Assembly (NCBI RefSeq): GCF_024521635.1
Contig: NW_026250427.1
Coordinates: 124,001-188,000 of the forward strand
Direction: 5' to 3'
From: Tricharina praecox
Taxonomy: Eukaryota
DNA length: 64,000 nt
In this document: positions 11,283 to 26,035 of the stretch, piece by piece
Position numbering within the stretch: the stretch's first letter is position 1
Layout: every line of letters starts with the position of its first letter
The notes under the pieces: model-generated
Seen by the model: the letters and a program-made list of their open reading frames with translations, nothing else
Told to the model about the DNA's origin: nothing
Databases searched by the model: none
Translations under genes and position numbers: made by a program

Positions 11283-14200
11283 TGAAGCATGACGGCCGCG
11301 GAGGGAGGGAGTGGCCGAGTGAGAGCAGAGGCGGAGCGCCAAGTCCGGAGCGGGGGAGGGGGGATGACCACTCGGAGCGTGCAACGACTGCCCGCGAGCC
11401 GAGCGAGTCTCCCCTCATCGCGATCGGAACACTGCGAGTGCCGAGCTTCTTTCCACATGACTACATAGGTACCTACGCAGGAGAAACCCCGTGCCGCCGA
11501 GCCGCCTCACCCCCACGCGGGGGTGAGGCGGCTCAGGGACACGTAGAGTAGAGTAGAGTATCTAGAGTAGAGTAGAGTAGAGTAGAGTAGAGTAGGATCC
11601 GTGCCGCAGCTGTGCGGGTGCGGGGTTAGGTAGAGTACTGGTTTTCGCCAGCGCCGCCGCCAGTGCCGCCTATGCCACCTAAGCCGCAGCGGCGTATGAT
11701 GTATCCGCGCAGCCAATGGCGAAATTGCCTGTAGGTGGCAGGTGCCGATCGTGAATGTCCGATCCGATCCGGCCACGATTGATCGCTGCGATTGCGGGTG
11801 GCTACGGGTTGTTTGATCTGCCGATTCTCCGCACTGCGCAGTGCTGAGCATGTGGTTGGAGTGTGTGGGTGGGGATGCTGTGAGTGAACGGCGGAAAACG
11901 GGAACTGTGGGGTGCTAGCCGCGGCAGGACTGTCGTCATGCGCCTCACTGCCGTTGGGTATTGTGCGCTTGTTTCGGGGCGGGGGTGCGTCGATGCCTTT
12001 CAATCGAGCACCACCACCACAACTGTCGCAGGCTGCAGGCTGGAAGCATACATTTCGCTCGTTTCCCCTGTTGGCCGCGCGACTGGCAGTGAAACGCAAG
12101 AGAAGGCGCAGCGTGACGGCCAAAACCAGTACCTACATGTGTACGTTCGAGAACCGGTTCATGAGATATCACTATCGCTAACTACAGCCGCACCCGAACG
12201 GACACATGTTTTTCCGACCGACCGACGGACGGGCCGACTGCAGCAGCAGCTGCTGTGCATGTGTGTGCTCTAGAGTATCTACTATTAGTACCTAGCCGCT
12301 GAGCTGACTTGCCTGAATCACCCCAAGCCCAAGCAGTCACGAACCAGCCGCAGCCGGTAGATACTCTACTCTACGCAATCGCGGATGATCGCCCTCAGCC
12401 CTGCACGAGGGTTTTTGGGTAATCGGCTGTCGGGGCAAGAGTGGATACCGGGTATGTACATACTGTCCTGTACTGCACACTGTATGTAGACGGTCTGGAA
12501 GGAATTTCCACAACAACAAAGACAGGAAGTTGGTGGGGATCTAGACTCTAAGCAGACTCGCTGAACCGTAAGTTCGACTCGCTCTAACGACGAGAAGAGG
12601 ACGGAGGATCGTGCAGCTCTGGACGAACGCCCAGGAGAGGGCCTAAAGGCCGGACGAACGGCGCAAACGAGTCGAGAGCCTATGAATAGAATTGACGGCT
12701 GGACAGTGGAGGGGGCAGAGCAAACCCAAATGGCGCGGCGATGATACCTACTAGGTAAGTACTTACTTCTATCCCCCTCCGTAACCGACAGACATACAGA
12801 CAGCCGTCCGAGACATGTGCGGTCTCGATCTACATAGATCCAGATCTAGATTTTTCATTTTCCCTTAGCGACTCGAGCACGCAGCATCACCCGGCCCCAC
12901 CAGTGTCACCAGCAAACCACGAAAAGTGCCGGGCGGACAGTCCGTTCCCCCGTATGATACCGTGGGGCGCCTCCTTTAGGCAGATGGTCCCAACCAAAAT
13001 ACCTACATAAGCGCTGACGGGTCCGTGGTTAAAAGGATCGATCACCTGATCGCACGCGAAACTTTTGTACCATGGGTTCGGTGCCCGTCTCGGAGATTCC
13101 AGCTGCGCTAGCTAGCAAAAAACTGTCCCCGAATCCCGACAAGCGAGAATAATAGGTACTACATAGTAGATGTACGTACTCTAGAGTGCTCTACTGTCCG
13201 TTGATATGTATGGAAAGCAGTAGGCCCTGAGTCGGATCATGGTTTATGTAAGCCCTAGTTGAAGCGGAACTATGATGGAGTACGGTAAAGTAGGTACGTA
13301 CGCAAGACGAGCTAGAGGCAGAGAGAGCGAGATTGAGATTGAGAGTGAGTGAGAGTGAGTGAGAGCGAGAAAGCGAGAGAGAGACCGAATGAGCCCACCA
13401 ACCGCAGAGTAGCGAGATAAGCAAGCCTGGCGATCACCAGGGAGCGAGCGAGAGTTGGGGGCTAGGTAACTACTCGTCGCATTGATATTAGTTAGACAGG
13501 AAGGCGTCGAGATACCATACTAGTACTCTACATATCAAAGGTATGTACGCAGATAGTCCTAACGGCCCGAATATTCCTGTAAGCTTGCAAGTTCCCCCAC
13601 ACCCTCCCCTTCACGTCCTGTCCTGTCGACGTGTTCCCTCTCCGGCTTCGGAGCTATGGCTAGGTATGGCCCATCAACACGATCTGCGCCGCGACCTCAC
13701 CCCATCCCCATCCCCATCCCTTCTGGCGGGTTGGTACCGGACGTGTGTGGATTTGGATATCATCTCCTTCCGGCTTTTTACCGTGTGTATATAGAGTACG
13801 TACATACGTAACCACATACCGTCCCAATGCGATCCATGTTTCCCACTCAACCAGGCCAGTCCCGCGGTCGCCAATCCTAGAGCCTTGCCGGTTTGTGGCT
13901 TTTCGGGAGCGGAGTATCTAGAGCAGAGTAGAGTAGAGTATGTAGCCTACGGATGAAATGGCGATTGCATGGTCCATGGATACTGTATTTACTATTGACA
14001 CTTACGTCTGCTTTACCAGTAACCAGTAACCCCCACGCCCGACGAGAAGTTATATGTAACCCCCCCTAACCGACGGACTACCTACTCTACCTACGCGTAC
14101 GGCGGGCCCCTGGCACGCAAAGCAAACGCTGTGCGTAGTTAATTACCCGTATGCTGCGATTTGTCTCTGTAACCAAGTAACGAGTAACCAAGCCACCAAG

Positions 14201-17200
14201 CAATCAAGCAATCAAGCAATAAGCAACCAAGCAACAGTAACCAAGTAACCAAGTAACCAGTAACCAAGTACCGTAACCAAGCACCTGTAGTTACCAACTC
14301 TACAGCTGTAAGGTCAGCACTAATAATCATTGCTCCCGCCAAGCCGCGCCAATTCAAGCCAAGCCAATATAAGCCACCCCAAGGCGCCAGCCATTCCAAG
14401 CCAATAACCACCCGCCAAGCCCGTTCACCTCCCGTGCTCCCAGCTCGGTCCCGAGGTTGCCGAACCCGATGTCCATCGTCTGTCGCGCTCGCTCGCTCCG
14501 CCAAGCCCGTATTTCGGACTTACATACATACCCGAGTACATAGCCATGCCTAAGTACGCAGCCTAGGTACCCGGGCGCCGACGGTTCTAGAATCTGGGAT
14601 CTGCTCCCCCCTTCGAACCTTCCTGACTGTGCTTGTTGTCCTTTGCGCTATATACTACTAGAGTACTGCACGGTATCTAGTCGCTGCGATAGTTAGTTAT
14701 GCAATAATGGAATAGTTACTCTAATGCAAGCCACCACCCGGAAAGCTGCCGGATGGGTGGGTGTGGTGGGTTGCTGGATGGGTAGATGGGTACGTGGGTG
14801 GGTTGCTGGATGAGGGATGGGTGCGTGTATGGGTTGGTGGGTGTGGATGATCCGGTTCCCCGGGTTTTATGTGTGTATGCATACATAACATACGTAACTT
14901 ATACACACATACATGATACATACGATACCGGTACATACATAAAATACCTACATAACGAAGTAACCACTCTATGTGGAGTCTATGTAGAGTACTCGTCCAC
15001 CTGCAAGGGAAGGGAAGGCGGAAGGGAAGGCGGAAGGGGGAGCTAGAGAGAATCGGTGTAATATTCCGACGAGCGAGTGAGCGAGCGAGTGAGCGCCAGA
15101 GTACTACTGTATAGTAGACCTCGTCGTCGCGAGGTTACGTTCGTTTCGTTTCGCGAGATTACCGTTTTTTTTCTTTCGTTTCAACGTTCGCTAGTTAAAA
15201 GTCCATGTGTTGATGCAGTGGGTTGATGATATGGGCTGACACCGACCGACCGACCGACCGACCGATCGATGTCTGGGATCAAGATACAAGCGTGAGGCTG
15301 TCCACAGTCCGTACCGAGTATGTTATGTATCATTTGTAATTAACCACGGGCTGAAGTCATCGGAGATGTCTGTCGGGTCGGAGCCGACAACTAATCGTCA
15401 AGGCGAAATTGCACTTCGGTGGCCTCATCCACGCCCGATGTATCACTCGATCGTCAGTCGGCTGCGGCGGCGGGGGTTAAAAAACCGTTGGCCAGGCTCA
15501 CCAACTACCTATCGACTACAAAGTTATGGTACATACCCGTTCGGCCATAATTCCGATCGTGACGTAGGGGGTGGTGGGTGATGTGAATTACGGGATGTGG
15601 AGAGAGGAGAGACATGTACTAGTAGATACATGTTCTCGACCGCTCTGTCATATGTCTCAAACGGAAGAACGACATTGGATGGCAGCAGCAGTAGCAGCAT
15701 GCACAAGTATCTACCTATGTACCGCGCTTTGTCTCGGTGGATTACCTACCTGTCCGACTGTCCGCCTGTCCATGAGGAAGGACGTACACGCCAGGCATGC
15801 CCCCACCGATAGCCACATCGAGGAATCGAAGCTTCCCTCGGCCTTCTCCTGGTGGATGTGGAGGAGGAGGTGGTGGAAAAAGCAAAAGCACAAGAAAAAG
15901 AAAAGGCTGGTTCCCCTTCCCGGAGGCGTCCCGGAGGCGTCCCCAGGTTTTCTTCCGTTGGCCGCTGCAGTAATAGGCTGCAGTGCACGGACTATACCGT
16001 AGTAGTTAGATAGTGGTACGGGAATTACACGCCAGGTATGGAGATATATGTAACCCTACTATAGTACCGTATACAGCAGTCTGTCTCGACGGGTGTGATT
16101 GCGGGGTGGGGGGATATGAACCGGCTTCGGTCGTATGCAAGTCTGTAGTGTAGAGTACAGATACCGTCTCCTTTCTTTCCTTTTCTTTTGTATTCCGGTT
16201 TCCGAGTTCAGTTCGTACTTCGGTAACTTGTTCGGATTTTCCGAGATCCACTCGGCGGGAACTGCTGTGGTCGGCGGACGGACATCTAGACTGACAGACG
16301 AGTGTGGAAGGTGTAGGAAGGAGGTGCGAGCAGGAGGAAGGGGTGCGAATAGGAGGAGGAGGAGGAGCAGGAGGAGGAGCAAGAGGAGCAGGAACAGGAC
16401 TCGAATGACCGGTCGTTCGTTCGGCAGCCCTACTAGGTACTCCAGTAGCGAACCACCATCTATAGTACATAGGGCTTGTTAGCACCGCATCCCAGGCCTT
16501 GGGGCCTCGCCGGGCGCCAAGCCTCGCCTCGGGTCGGATCTGGTCCGGTCGGAACGGCGCCGACGTCGACAACAATAATGCTGGGTCGACGTTTACTTTT
16601 TTGCGCGGTCGGACGGACTGGAGGCCTGGGCTACACTAATCTATCGAAAGCCGACGAAAATGCCGGAGATTGGGGATACGAGTGCTTGCTTGGGGGAGGG
16701 CCGGGTCGCAGAGAACACGTCTCTCTATATCCCATGCGGCCATGCCATGCTCTCGATGCTCTCGATGCTCTACAGTACCTACAGTATCTACCTGTATATC
16801 CGCGCTGCTTCCGTTGTGCTGTGCTGTACTGTGCTGTGGTCCGGGGGTTGGGCTTCGAACTTCGTCGGGCAGTGGGGACATAACAAACCCGACAAACCCG
16901 ACGGCGTGAGGTTGTGGTGCCTTGGTGATGCTGATGACGAATCCTTCCCTCCCTCGGCCTTGTTGTGGTGCTGGATACCGTCCCCCACCCTACCCTACAG
17001 TAGGACTGGAATAGCCTATTGCCTGCGAGTCATAGTTGGTACCCAGCCTGGGCGTCTGCTTTATGTCTGTACTTTGGTACGAAGGTAGGTATGGAGAGTG
17101 GGTATGAGGTGTGTAGAGTAGGTATGTACACTACTATCCTCGACTATCTGCAAGGCGGGAGGGACGAGGGAGGATTGACGTCGAGCGAGCGGGGCGGAGC

Positions 17201-18279
17201 ATGGTGACTCCACTACACCACCGTCATCGCCCAACCTCCGAATTGCTTGTTTGTATCTGCTCATCCAGGCCTCATGACAGAGCTGAGTAAGTTAGAACTT
17301 AGAACACTACTCGGGTTGCACAGTGCTGCTGCTGTTACTGTTTTAACTTTTCGTGTGAGGATTCATATGGATTCACATGGAATTCGTATGGATTCCCAAC
17401 AACAGCATACCCAAGTAGATACATATAGTAATTCTGAATCCCGTCGACAACTTCAAGTTGGACGTAAATAACTCCACGAACCTGATGATGCGCACAACTC
17501 CAGACCCACGAGTAGAAAAAGAAAAGTAGGTAGGTAATCAAGATAGATACAAGAATTCAAGATCCAAAAGCCCCCCCTTCTCCCTCCCCCATCCATATCC
17601 CCCCTCCCATCTCCCCTCTCCCATCTCCCACAATAAAAATTGAACTCCCCGCCTTTTCCCATCCCTCCCGTCTTCATTCACTCCTACATACATACCGCCG
17701 TATTCGTACGTCCGGCCCCTGCCTGACTGGCAATAAGTACCCAAAACAAACCACGCAACCAACCAACCCACTAAACCAGCCTCTAGTTACACCGTAGTAG
17801 AGTAAAGTAAAGGAAAATATAGAAAAGAATATGTGAATATGTAAAAGGAAGCAATAATCCATGAAAAAATAAATAAGGGAAACCGTAACGCCGTATCTCA
17901 TGCAGCAACGAAAAAAAAAACACTAGAAGAATACGAACCCCCAATTTAAAGCGCGGGTTCAAGGTTGGGGGTGAGGGGAGGGGAACAGTACAGGAAATAG
18001 GAGTGAACTGTGAACCCAGCAGAATGCAATGCGTTCCTTGTCGGCGTGTCCCTCCACCACCGCCTACCCACCCATGCCCGCGATGTGCGTAGTCAACTTG
18101 CTATACGAACGGCTGGATACCCACGACCGAGACTGTGATGAGTGCTGTGCTGTAGCTGTATGTGCCGCAGTTACTGCAGGCGCGGGGCGCGGGGCGAAGG
18201 ACGAGGCACAGTTGCAGTTGCTTGCAGTTGCAGTAAGAAATTAAAAGAAAGAAAGAAAGGAAAAAAAAAGGTGGCATGA

Positions 18280-21049
18280 TCAGACGATCATGACCTTGGA
18301 GGAGTATAGGAAGTCCAAGCTCCTTTCGTCGTCCTGGCGGTAGTGCGAGAGGATGTTGCTGGTGAAGCGTGCGTGGTCTATGAGGGGGTGCAAGCAGAGT
18401 CAGCAATCTACCCTATAGCTAGAGTGTGTACAGAGATGCCTGTTTTGTTTAAGGCAGTGGGGTGTGGGTGGTGGTGGAGTCGTAGTTGACTTACCAGGAT
18501 TTCTTAATCCGCGGCCAATTCGCTCCATGGCCCCCATAACCCCCTCAGGGTCCTCGCAGTTGCCGATGAGCCCGATTGTCTGCTCGCGACTCCAGTCCAG
18601 CGCGAAAGGGGTGAGCCCCTTTGAGATGGCGGCGAAGTGCGCCGCCAGCGAGACGGCCAGTGCATCGTTCTTTTCGATCAACCGCTTGGGCGTGGTGGGG
18701 TGACGCCAGACGTACCCGCTGTCCATGTGGAACAGCCAGTAGTACAGCCGCCACGAATCGCGCTCGAGCGCGTTCATGAACACGACGGTGGTGAAGAAGA
18801 TCTTGAGCCAGTCCTCGCGCTTGCGCCCAAAGATGCGCTTCTGTAGCTCGCTGAGTATCTGCTTCTCGAGCTGCCAGATGCGCCGCTCGAGGAGGTGGTC
18901 GATCTGGTTCGAGAGGACTCGGGGGAGCGGCGTCTGCCCCGCCTGCGGCGACGACAGGCTCGGGATCGCCATTATCCCTAGGTTGTCGGACGTCGGGTGC
19001 AGCGCACCCCCTCTGATCAGCATCTGCGTCGCCGTCCACAGCTGTAGCGTGTCTCGCAGCAGAAAGTTCTCCTCCATCCGCGAGTACTTGAACGCCGTCG
19101 TGAAGATCTCGGCCATGATGGGGTTCTCGCGGAAGGCGCTCTCGACGAAGTAGTAGGTGTGGTCCTGGATGTACTTTTCCATGATGTCGGTGTTGATGCC
19201 GCGCTTCATCGCAAACGGCGCAGTCGGCGTCGACTGCCACCCGTTGGCGTCCTTGTACCAGTAATCGAGCTCTTCCGTTGCCGAAGGTGCAAACTCGTAG
19301 ACGTTGAGCTGCATCGTGACGCCCAGCGTCTTGGAGTGTGACACGACGAGCGTCCGCGGCGGCGCATTCGTGAAGCGGAGTGTGTGATGCATCATGGTCC
19401 GCGAGTACGAATCGACCAACCCTTTTTGTCGGAAATGTTGGTAAGCTTCCGCCCATCACGGGGGAGTTTGGCAGTGAAAACCTACATTTGGAGAATACAT
19501 CCAGATCGACAAAATGAACACGAACGCAGAGCGCTCCGGCACCAGTCTTCTCGCACCTCTTGCATGGGCTTCCATCGTCACACTAAGAAACTGACGTCAG
19601 GTCTAGAACTTCTCCTTGTCTCTCCCTCCACCGCCGAACCGCCCAATCGCCCACCACCCGAGACAAAAACCGACTAACCTTCATCTTCAATCCCCAGCAC
19701 TTTGTACAGGCGCCAATCTTCCTGAGCTGGTGAACCTGCTCGCGCTCCCTAGGCTCGAGCTTCCTTCGGACCTTCCGGGTCTTTGTGCGGACGGGGCCGG
19801 GGAATTGAGCCACGAGGTGGCCGTGGGTGTAACAGGCCAAGTTGGTGCTCCGTGGGAGGTTGTGGTGTCCGGCGGCGGCGGCCGAATTGGGATCGGGCGA
19901 GTATGCGCCGATGTTGGGACTGGAGTGGGCGGTGCTGCTGCCGCCGCCACCGCCACAGGAGTGGCTGCCCATCTGCGGTGACCGCGAGTAGTCCGAATGT
20001 GTGGCCCACTCCCGTGGATCGCACTCGGAGGAGCTGGAGTCGTATTCGGAGAAGGGAGATAACCGTGTCCGCTTGGGATCTCTGTTGAAACTGTGGTGAG
20101 CCATCGTTCACGTTTGAGGGTGCTGCCTATTTTACTGAGCGGGGGGTGGGGAGGTTGGTTGGGGCGGAAGAGTGCGGGTGGGAAGGGCGGTGCAGATAGG
20201 AGGGGGGGAGAGTTGAGTTTCTGTCCCTCATACCTTTCGAATTCCTGAAGGGTGCCAGTCCCATCATATGGTTGATAAAACGCCTGGTCTGACCGGTGAG
20301 ACTCCACTATTAGGGCAGCGATTAGTCTCAGCAGTTTCAAGTAATCTTCATGCATCGCATGATGACCAAGGAGGGGGGTGGGTGGGGGTCGCTATGTGCG
20401 ACCTCACGCAGGAGGGAGGGAGGGGGAGAAGCAGAAGATGAATATGAAGAAGAAAAAGAAGGGAAAACGTACTATTACTACCGTGAATGCGCGTATCAAA
20501 GGCATCTGCAGGATGGGTGCCGTGAGAAGATCTCGTTGGTGGGGGGGCCTGTCCGTAAACAAGGCCGCCCACGGCGTGCATATATTGATTATCAGCTGTG
20601 GCGGCGGCGGTGGGATAGACCTGCGAGTCCGCATAGGGATCGGGAAATAGTGCGAACATCCATGGCTGGATTACTGCGGCATCAGCGCTCGAAACCCCGT
20701 CGGCTACTGTGGTTGATAGGCCGGACGGCGAGTGTGCATAGGTGCGGGGGATATTTGTTGGCTCGAACTCCAGGTGTGCCACTACGGACGACGACGATGA
20801 GGACGAAGACGACGGATCGTCAGGAACCGTGGTAGGAGGTGTCACATATGCCGCCGCCGCTGCAGATGAGCGGTGGAAGCCGTCCTTGGGGGCTGCTGGG
20901 TTGACCATGGTTTTTGACCGTCCCAAAGCGCGGAAGTTATTGTTGTTGTTGTTGCTAGTGTTATTGTTACTGCTGTTGCTGCTGCTGCTGTTGCTATGGT
21001 TGAAGTGGAAAGGTGAGTGTTGCTCTGGGAGTAATGGTGATTGGAGCAT
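18280..21049 (-). CDS. Zn(II)2Cys6 binuclear-cluster transcription factor (about 727 aa, 6 exons)
   Basis: Minus-strand exons 21049-20473, 20306-20234, 20090-19679, 19582-19486, 19421-18495, 18377-18280; all GT-AG with consistent phases. The spliced product contains RKIGA-CTKC-WGLKMK-C-DDGSP-CKRC-EKTGAGAL-C (CX2CX6CX5CX2CX8C). N-terminus is N/S low complexity; C-terminal domain is helical and ends ...FLYSSKVMIV*. The start codon and exon 1 are less certain. Confidence 0.88.
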
Positions 21050-24000
21050 TCTGTTGTTGGGGTGGTGAATGATGGTGGTGGTGGGGGTTTCGTACTTTCG
21101 ACCGAGCTTATAAGATGAAGTCGAGGTTGAGGAGAGAGAGAGAGAAGTACTCTATAAAGAAAGGCTTCTCGAAGGATGAGCTTACGGGCGGCGGTGGTGG
21201 TGGCACGGGCAGGTCCCTGTGATAGTGCCAGGATCATCTCACATAACTAACTACCAGCTCGAGGGAATGATTGCCGCCTCCGACCTAAAGGCCCTGCAGG
21301 GCTTCCCAATTGCATAGCCGCATGGGCATGGCCATGGCCCCAGGGACCTTGGAGACTGACTCTGCAAGGAGAAAGAGGCGCCAATTGGGGAGTCATTAGA
21401 GGTGAAACCCACAGGGCTTGGGGGCGATTATTATCGATAGGGTATGTACTTGGTTGTGGGTGACTGGGACAGAAGTAAGTAAGTAAGCCTTGGCCGCCGA
21501 CGACAGGAAATGGCAGTGGAGCTGGTGACCCGCTGATCCCCAGCCTACTTACGATATAGTGTAGTAGTATGTAGTCGTTCCAGTCTTCGTGTGAGCGGAT
21601 TATTTTTGGTGATGTTGTTGGGTCAGTGGTGACCCACAACCGTGGCCCAGGGCGGGGGTGTAGTTTGTGGGCCGAGAGGAGTCGGGTGGGAGTCGGGGTA
21701 CCAACGCGGTGGTGCATCATAGCGATTTGAGTCGATTCGATTGGATTTGGAGATGGCATCCAATCTCGATGAGGATGTGACCCGATCGCTTTTTTTAATT
21801 CCTTTTTTCTATTTCTTTTTTCTTTTTCCGTGCTCCAACGTTCACTGTCGTCCATGGAGGCAGCGGAGACCGTTCTTTCGTCTTCACGGCAGACGAATCA
21901 AGCACATGGGCTTGGCATGTTCTTCTCCCGCGACCGGACTAGACTCGATCATGGCTCTCAGCACTCGTATCTTTTTGGAGTCCAGGCGGAGACTGATGGA
22001 TTGGGGAGACAGAAACAAGCAAAAACAGCCGCGCAGCGTCAAAGTCGCAGCAACAACAGCCTGGCCGAGTACGGTAGGGGCGCCGACCCATGGCAGAGAT
22101 CGGATGGAAACGTTTCTCCCCCCGCAAGCGAATCTATGTCAGCCATGCTCCGAGCTCGGTTTAATTCCGTCGAGGCTTTCAGGCAGGTTCACTCTCCTTA
22201 TTTTGCGGGTTCCAGTTCTGGCCCCATCGAAACGGCCGGCACAGCTCCAGACGGTGGCCCGGTTGCATGCGCATGATGGATGGGACGGAAACCAGCCCCC
22301 CCGCCATCGTTCACCCGAGACTCTAGCTACCTACCTGCTCGATCGTTACAGCAGAGTCCATAGATGGGATCAGAATTAGCAGCAGAGCCGGGCGAAGCCC
22401 GTGACATATCATGCTCTATCATGCTCTATCATGCTCTATGTACCTGGGGTATTTGGTTACCGTCTAGTTGGTTACTAGTATTGTTGACCAGATAGTGATA
22501 CTCTACTCTGTTTTGCACCGCCACAGTGTGGGTTGCTATTTTGGTGGTGGTGGCCGTCGACTGTCGGGACTCGGAAGGGAACCGCGTCAATCACGTCGCA
22601 GCGTCGGGCGTGTCGCAGCACCTTGGCACTAACTGGGACAATAATAATAATATGTGTGTGACAATCAATGCGTCTCTCTTAGCGCACGTGCAACCCCCGA
22701 ATGGTCCGAGCGTCAGCGCCCCGGCATCGGACAGACAAGGCCAGTGACGGTTGATATATTTCAGTTATGCTCTATTGTTTTATCTGGAGACCTCGCGCTC
22801 ATCCGACGAAGATGTGACCAGTAGAGTAGAGTGCAGAATTCAGTACCAGTAGTAGATATGGGTAGAGTAGTATGGAGTAGTAGCCTACTAGCCATAAACC
22901 CATACCTCTGCCAATAATCACTGGATGGAACGGATCAGAGGGAACAGACAGTAGATGGATATTGAAACTGAAAATTCGGAGTATTTACTGTACATAAAAT
23001 GACCAGGCTGACAGGGCTGGCTGATATCAATGGCTGTGGCGCTCGGCTGTCTACCTCTCCGTCGGATGAGCGACCTATATCCACCAGGGGGGAGGTTATG
23101 GCCCCGTCAATACTCCCCCGGAGTGGAATTGCTGGGCACTGCGACTCGCGTGTACTACCGAAGCGTAGGGTACGACTCGAAACGGGGGGGCATAACTACT
23201 AGTAAATGTTGCCTGCAGCCTGCAGCCTGGGCCCTGCAGCCTACAGCCCTGGTAGACTGGTAGACTGGTAGCCCTGGATCCCCAAGGCACGAGAGAAGGC
23301 AGACGGCGGCGGGGACGGGGAAGAGGACGGGGAACGGCCACGGAGACGGGATTGAGCTAGCTTACTCGAGTAGGTACTCTACTTACCCAACTTACATAGG
23401 TAGCACTCTGCTCGCCAGTCGCAAACGAAACATGCGAGCGAGGGGGGTAATGTTCGGCGCTCCCCCGGGCCCATTGCTCCAACCTTGCGTTCCATCACGG
23501 CTTGTCTGGAATGGTTAAGCACTTCATGTCAAACGGGATCCCTGGAGAAATTTCCCGCGGTGGTGGAGTAGGTACCGGTAATACTATAAACTGGTTGGGG
23601 CCCTGGGGTGGAAAGATCCCTAAAATTAGGTGACAGGGCCGTGGCTGTGGTCACGGCGGATTGCTTGGGAAGCAGGCCATACATACATAAAGTAATTACC
23701 TAAGTACTTACATACATACGCCATGTTCCAACGTTCGGTCGGTATCTATGTAACTGCCTACCTACTTCGTAGGCTAAGTTTGTCCGGCCGGCTGTGGTGT
23801 ATGCGTGTGTGTTCGCCAGAGGCGGGAAAACCCGCTCCTACTCTTACCCCCACTCCCCCCCCCCGCCGCGTGCAACGGCCCGCCCGCCCGCCAGCCAGAC
23901 AGCCAGCGAGACTGCCAGCCACCGTATCCGGAGAGGCAGCCAGTCCGCCCACGGCCGACCATCGTTCATCTCTATGCGAGCAACAGTGCGAGCCGGGAAA

Positions 24001-26035
24001 TGCACACCGATGTGGCATGCCGAAGCTGCCCGCCCGCCTTTGGCTACGCATACATATATCCTAAGTACATACACGCTCCCCACCTGGCTAGCAAGCAAGC
24101 ACGGACGTTTAGTTCGGCTGATATGCCGGCCCATCGAACCCTGGGTAAATATGGATATCGACCCACCACCGGTATGATCCCGTTTGGCGGTGACATGCTT
24201 ACCCTACCCCTGGGGAACCTTTGTGGTGGGGGGGAGGGACCTTGGCTGAAATTGGACCCGCAAAATCGCCATCCCGTGGTCCTCACTTCTGGGAAGTTGG
24301 AACGCGCGTGCGGCCTGCGGTCGTCGGAGGTGTTCATACCGTGGGACCGATGCTGATGGTGGTGGTGGTGATGGTGATGGCGGCGGCGCCGGTGCGATGT
24401 ACCTCCTGATATCGAGGCGGTGTCTCTTGTATCTCTATGGCTATGTGTGGCTGTTCCTCGTCAGTGGTCACGCGCGCGCCAGAAACCTACGATACTCCAG
24501 TTTGATACGTTCATACCTAGGTTGTGGGGTGGAGTTGTAACTACTGTCTCGGCTGATGCCAGAACGGATGCCGAATGAACGAGACGGCATCGAACTCGGA
24601 CTCTTCACTTCGGCTTCCTTCTTTCCTCGCCCCACTTTGTGCACCAGCACCAGCACCAGCACCACTGACCAGTACCAGTCTAGAGTAGTTACCATCGGCT
24701 GAGTTGTCTCTCCTCGTCGAACAGAATTAATGCACATACATATCGGAGCGGAGTACGAATCGAGAAGAAAGATCGCTTACCTATTGCACTCTACGTAGCA
24801 TACCCGGGACGACGGCGGGCCCCACAATATATCCCATGTAACTAACCAGGTACTTGCCTGAATCATAGAGAGTACGGCCGATGCACAGTAAGTCGAAGTT
24901 TCAATTTGACTTGACCGCTAGTTATCTAACGATCTAACGAGAATCTAGATGTCAAGGTAGTAGATGGATTGATGGTATATATCCAACTAGTGTCTCGCGT
25001 CGAAAGTTCTGCCTTGCTTGTTTGCCTCACTTGCTCCCCAGCAAACTGTCCAGGTACTCCGCGATGGCCGACGGTGAAGGCTTCAGTGAAGCGAGTCCTT
25101 CGTACTACGTAGAACTCCGATAGCACGTGTCTACCTATATTCTCGACGGACGGACGGACGGACGGGTTCGATGCTGGGGAAGGCACACCGGTGACCGAAG
25201 GCATTGACATCTCTATGTAGCTACATACGCGAAACTGCCCGTTAGCTGGTCCACCGGCCAGGCCGCCTGGTAACTGCAACCCTCCCTTCCCCCGCCATCC
25301 TTGAGCTAGGAGACTTCGTCGCCAGTGCGGTAACTATGTACGGTAGGAGTAGACGTAGCATGCACAAGTTGCAGGAACCTCTAGACTCAGACTCCGAGTC
25401 TGAGCCCTTTGCCTTTGCTCGCGAGTCTCGGCCATCAGCGTTTGCGCAAGTCATCAGGCCTATAAGTTCCGAAAGCGGTACCCGCGATTGACGGCGGGGG
25501 TGGATATGTACGATGCGGTGGGAGGGAGTGGGAGGAAAAATACCGCACGATTTTTCTTTTGAGTCGAGTCGGCGGCAGCTAGAGTAGTCTAGCAGTGTCC
25601 GCAGCAGCTCCCTTGACTCGGTGCGGTGCTGGTGACTTGGGTCCCGGCAAACCCTCGATTTCCAGTACTACCGGTACCGTCACCTTGCTCCCCTCCCCCC
25701 CCCCCCCCCCCCCCCCCCCCCCTTTGCCCACCATGATCATATCTATCTATCCACCCGGATGGGTGCTGTGCAGTGCAGACGCGACTGCTGCAGCAAAGTA
25801 GAGTACCCATAGGGCTGTAGGCGCTGCACGTCTACTCTATAGTACAATAGCCCTATACGTACTCTACTATTAGTTAGTACTTAGCCGTGTACTACAATCT
25901 TCCAGAAATGGATGTCTGCGCCGCGGGTGCAGTGCGGCTTAGAAGTTGGGTGGCCGCCTATTTCCTGACAGGGATTGACTAAATAGTAAGTAGTCCACTA
26001 CAGGATTATGGCGCATAAGATGACTCAAGTTAGTA

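Noticed and set aside
11557..11594. (TAGAG)n runs and other short repeats as a possible CRISPR or telomeric array
   Set aside because: Simple microsatellites in a eukaryotic context; no repeat-spacer structure and no TTAGGG array.
14139..14504. 121-aa hydrophobic, Trp-rich minus-strand ORF as a possible membrane peptide or pheromone precursor
   Set aside because: It is the translation of AACCAAG-type low-complexity repeats, starts at TTG, and has no signal peptide, Kex2 repeats or CAAX end.
21247..22379. Overlapping 150-210 aa ORFs upstream of the transcription factor
   Set aside because: No recognisable domain or coding-like composition; more likely leader or promoter DNA.
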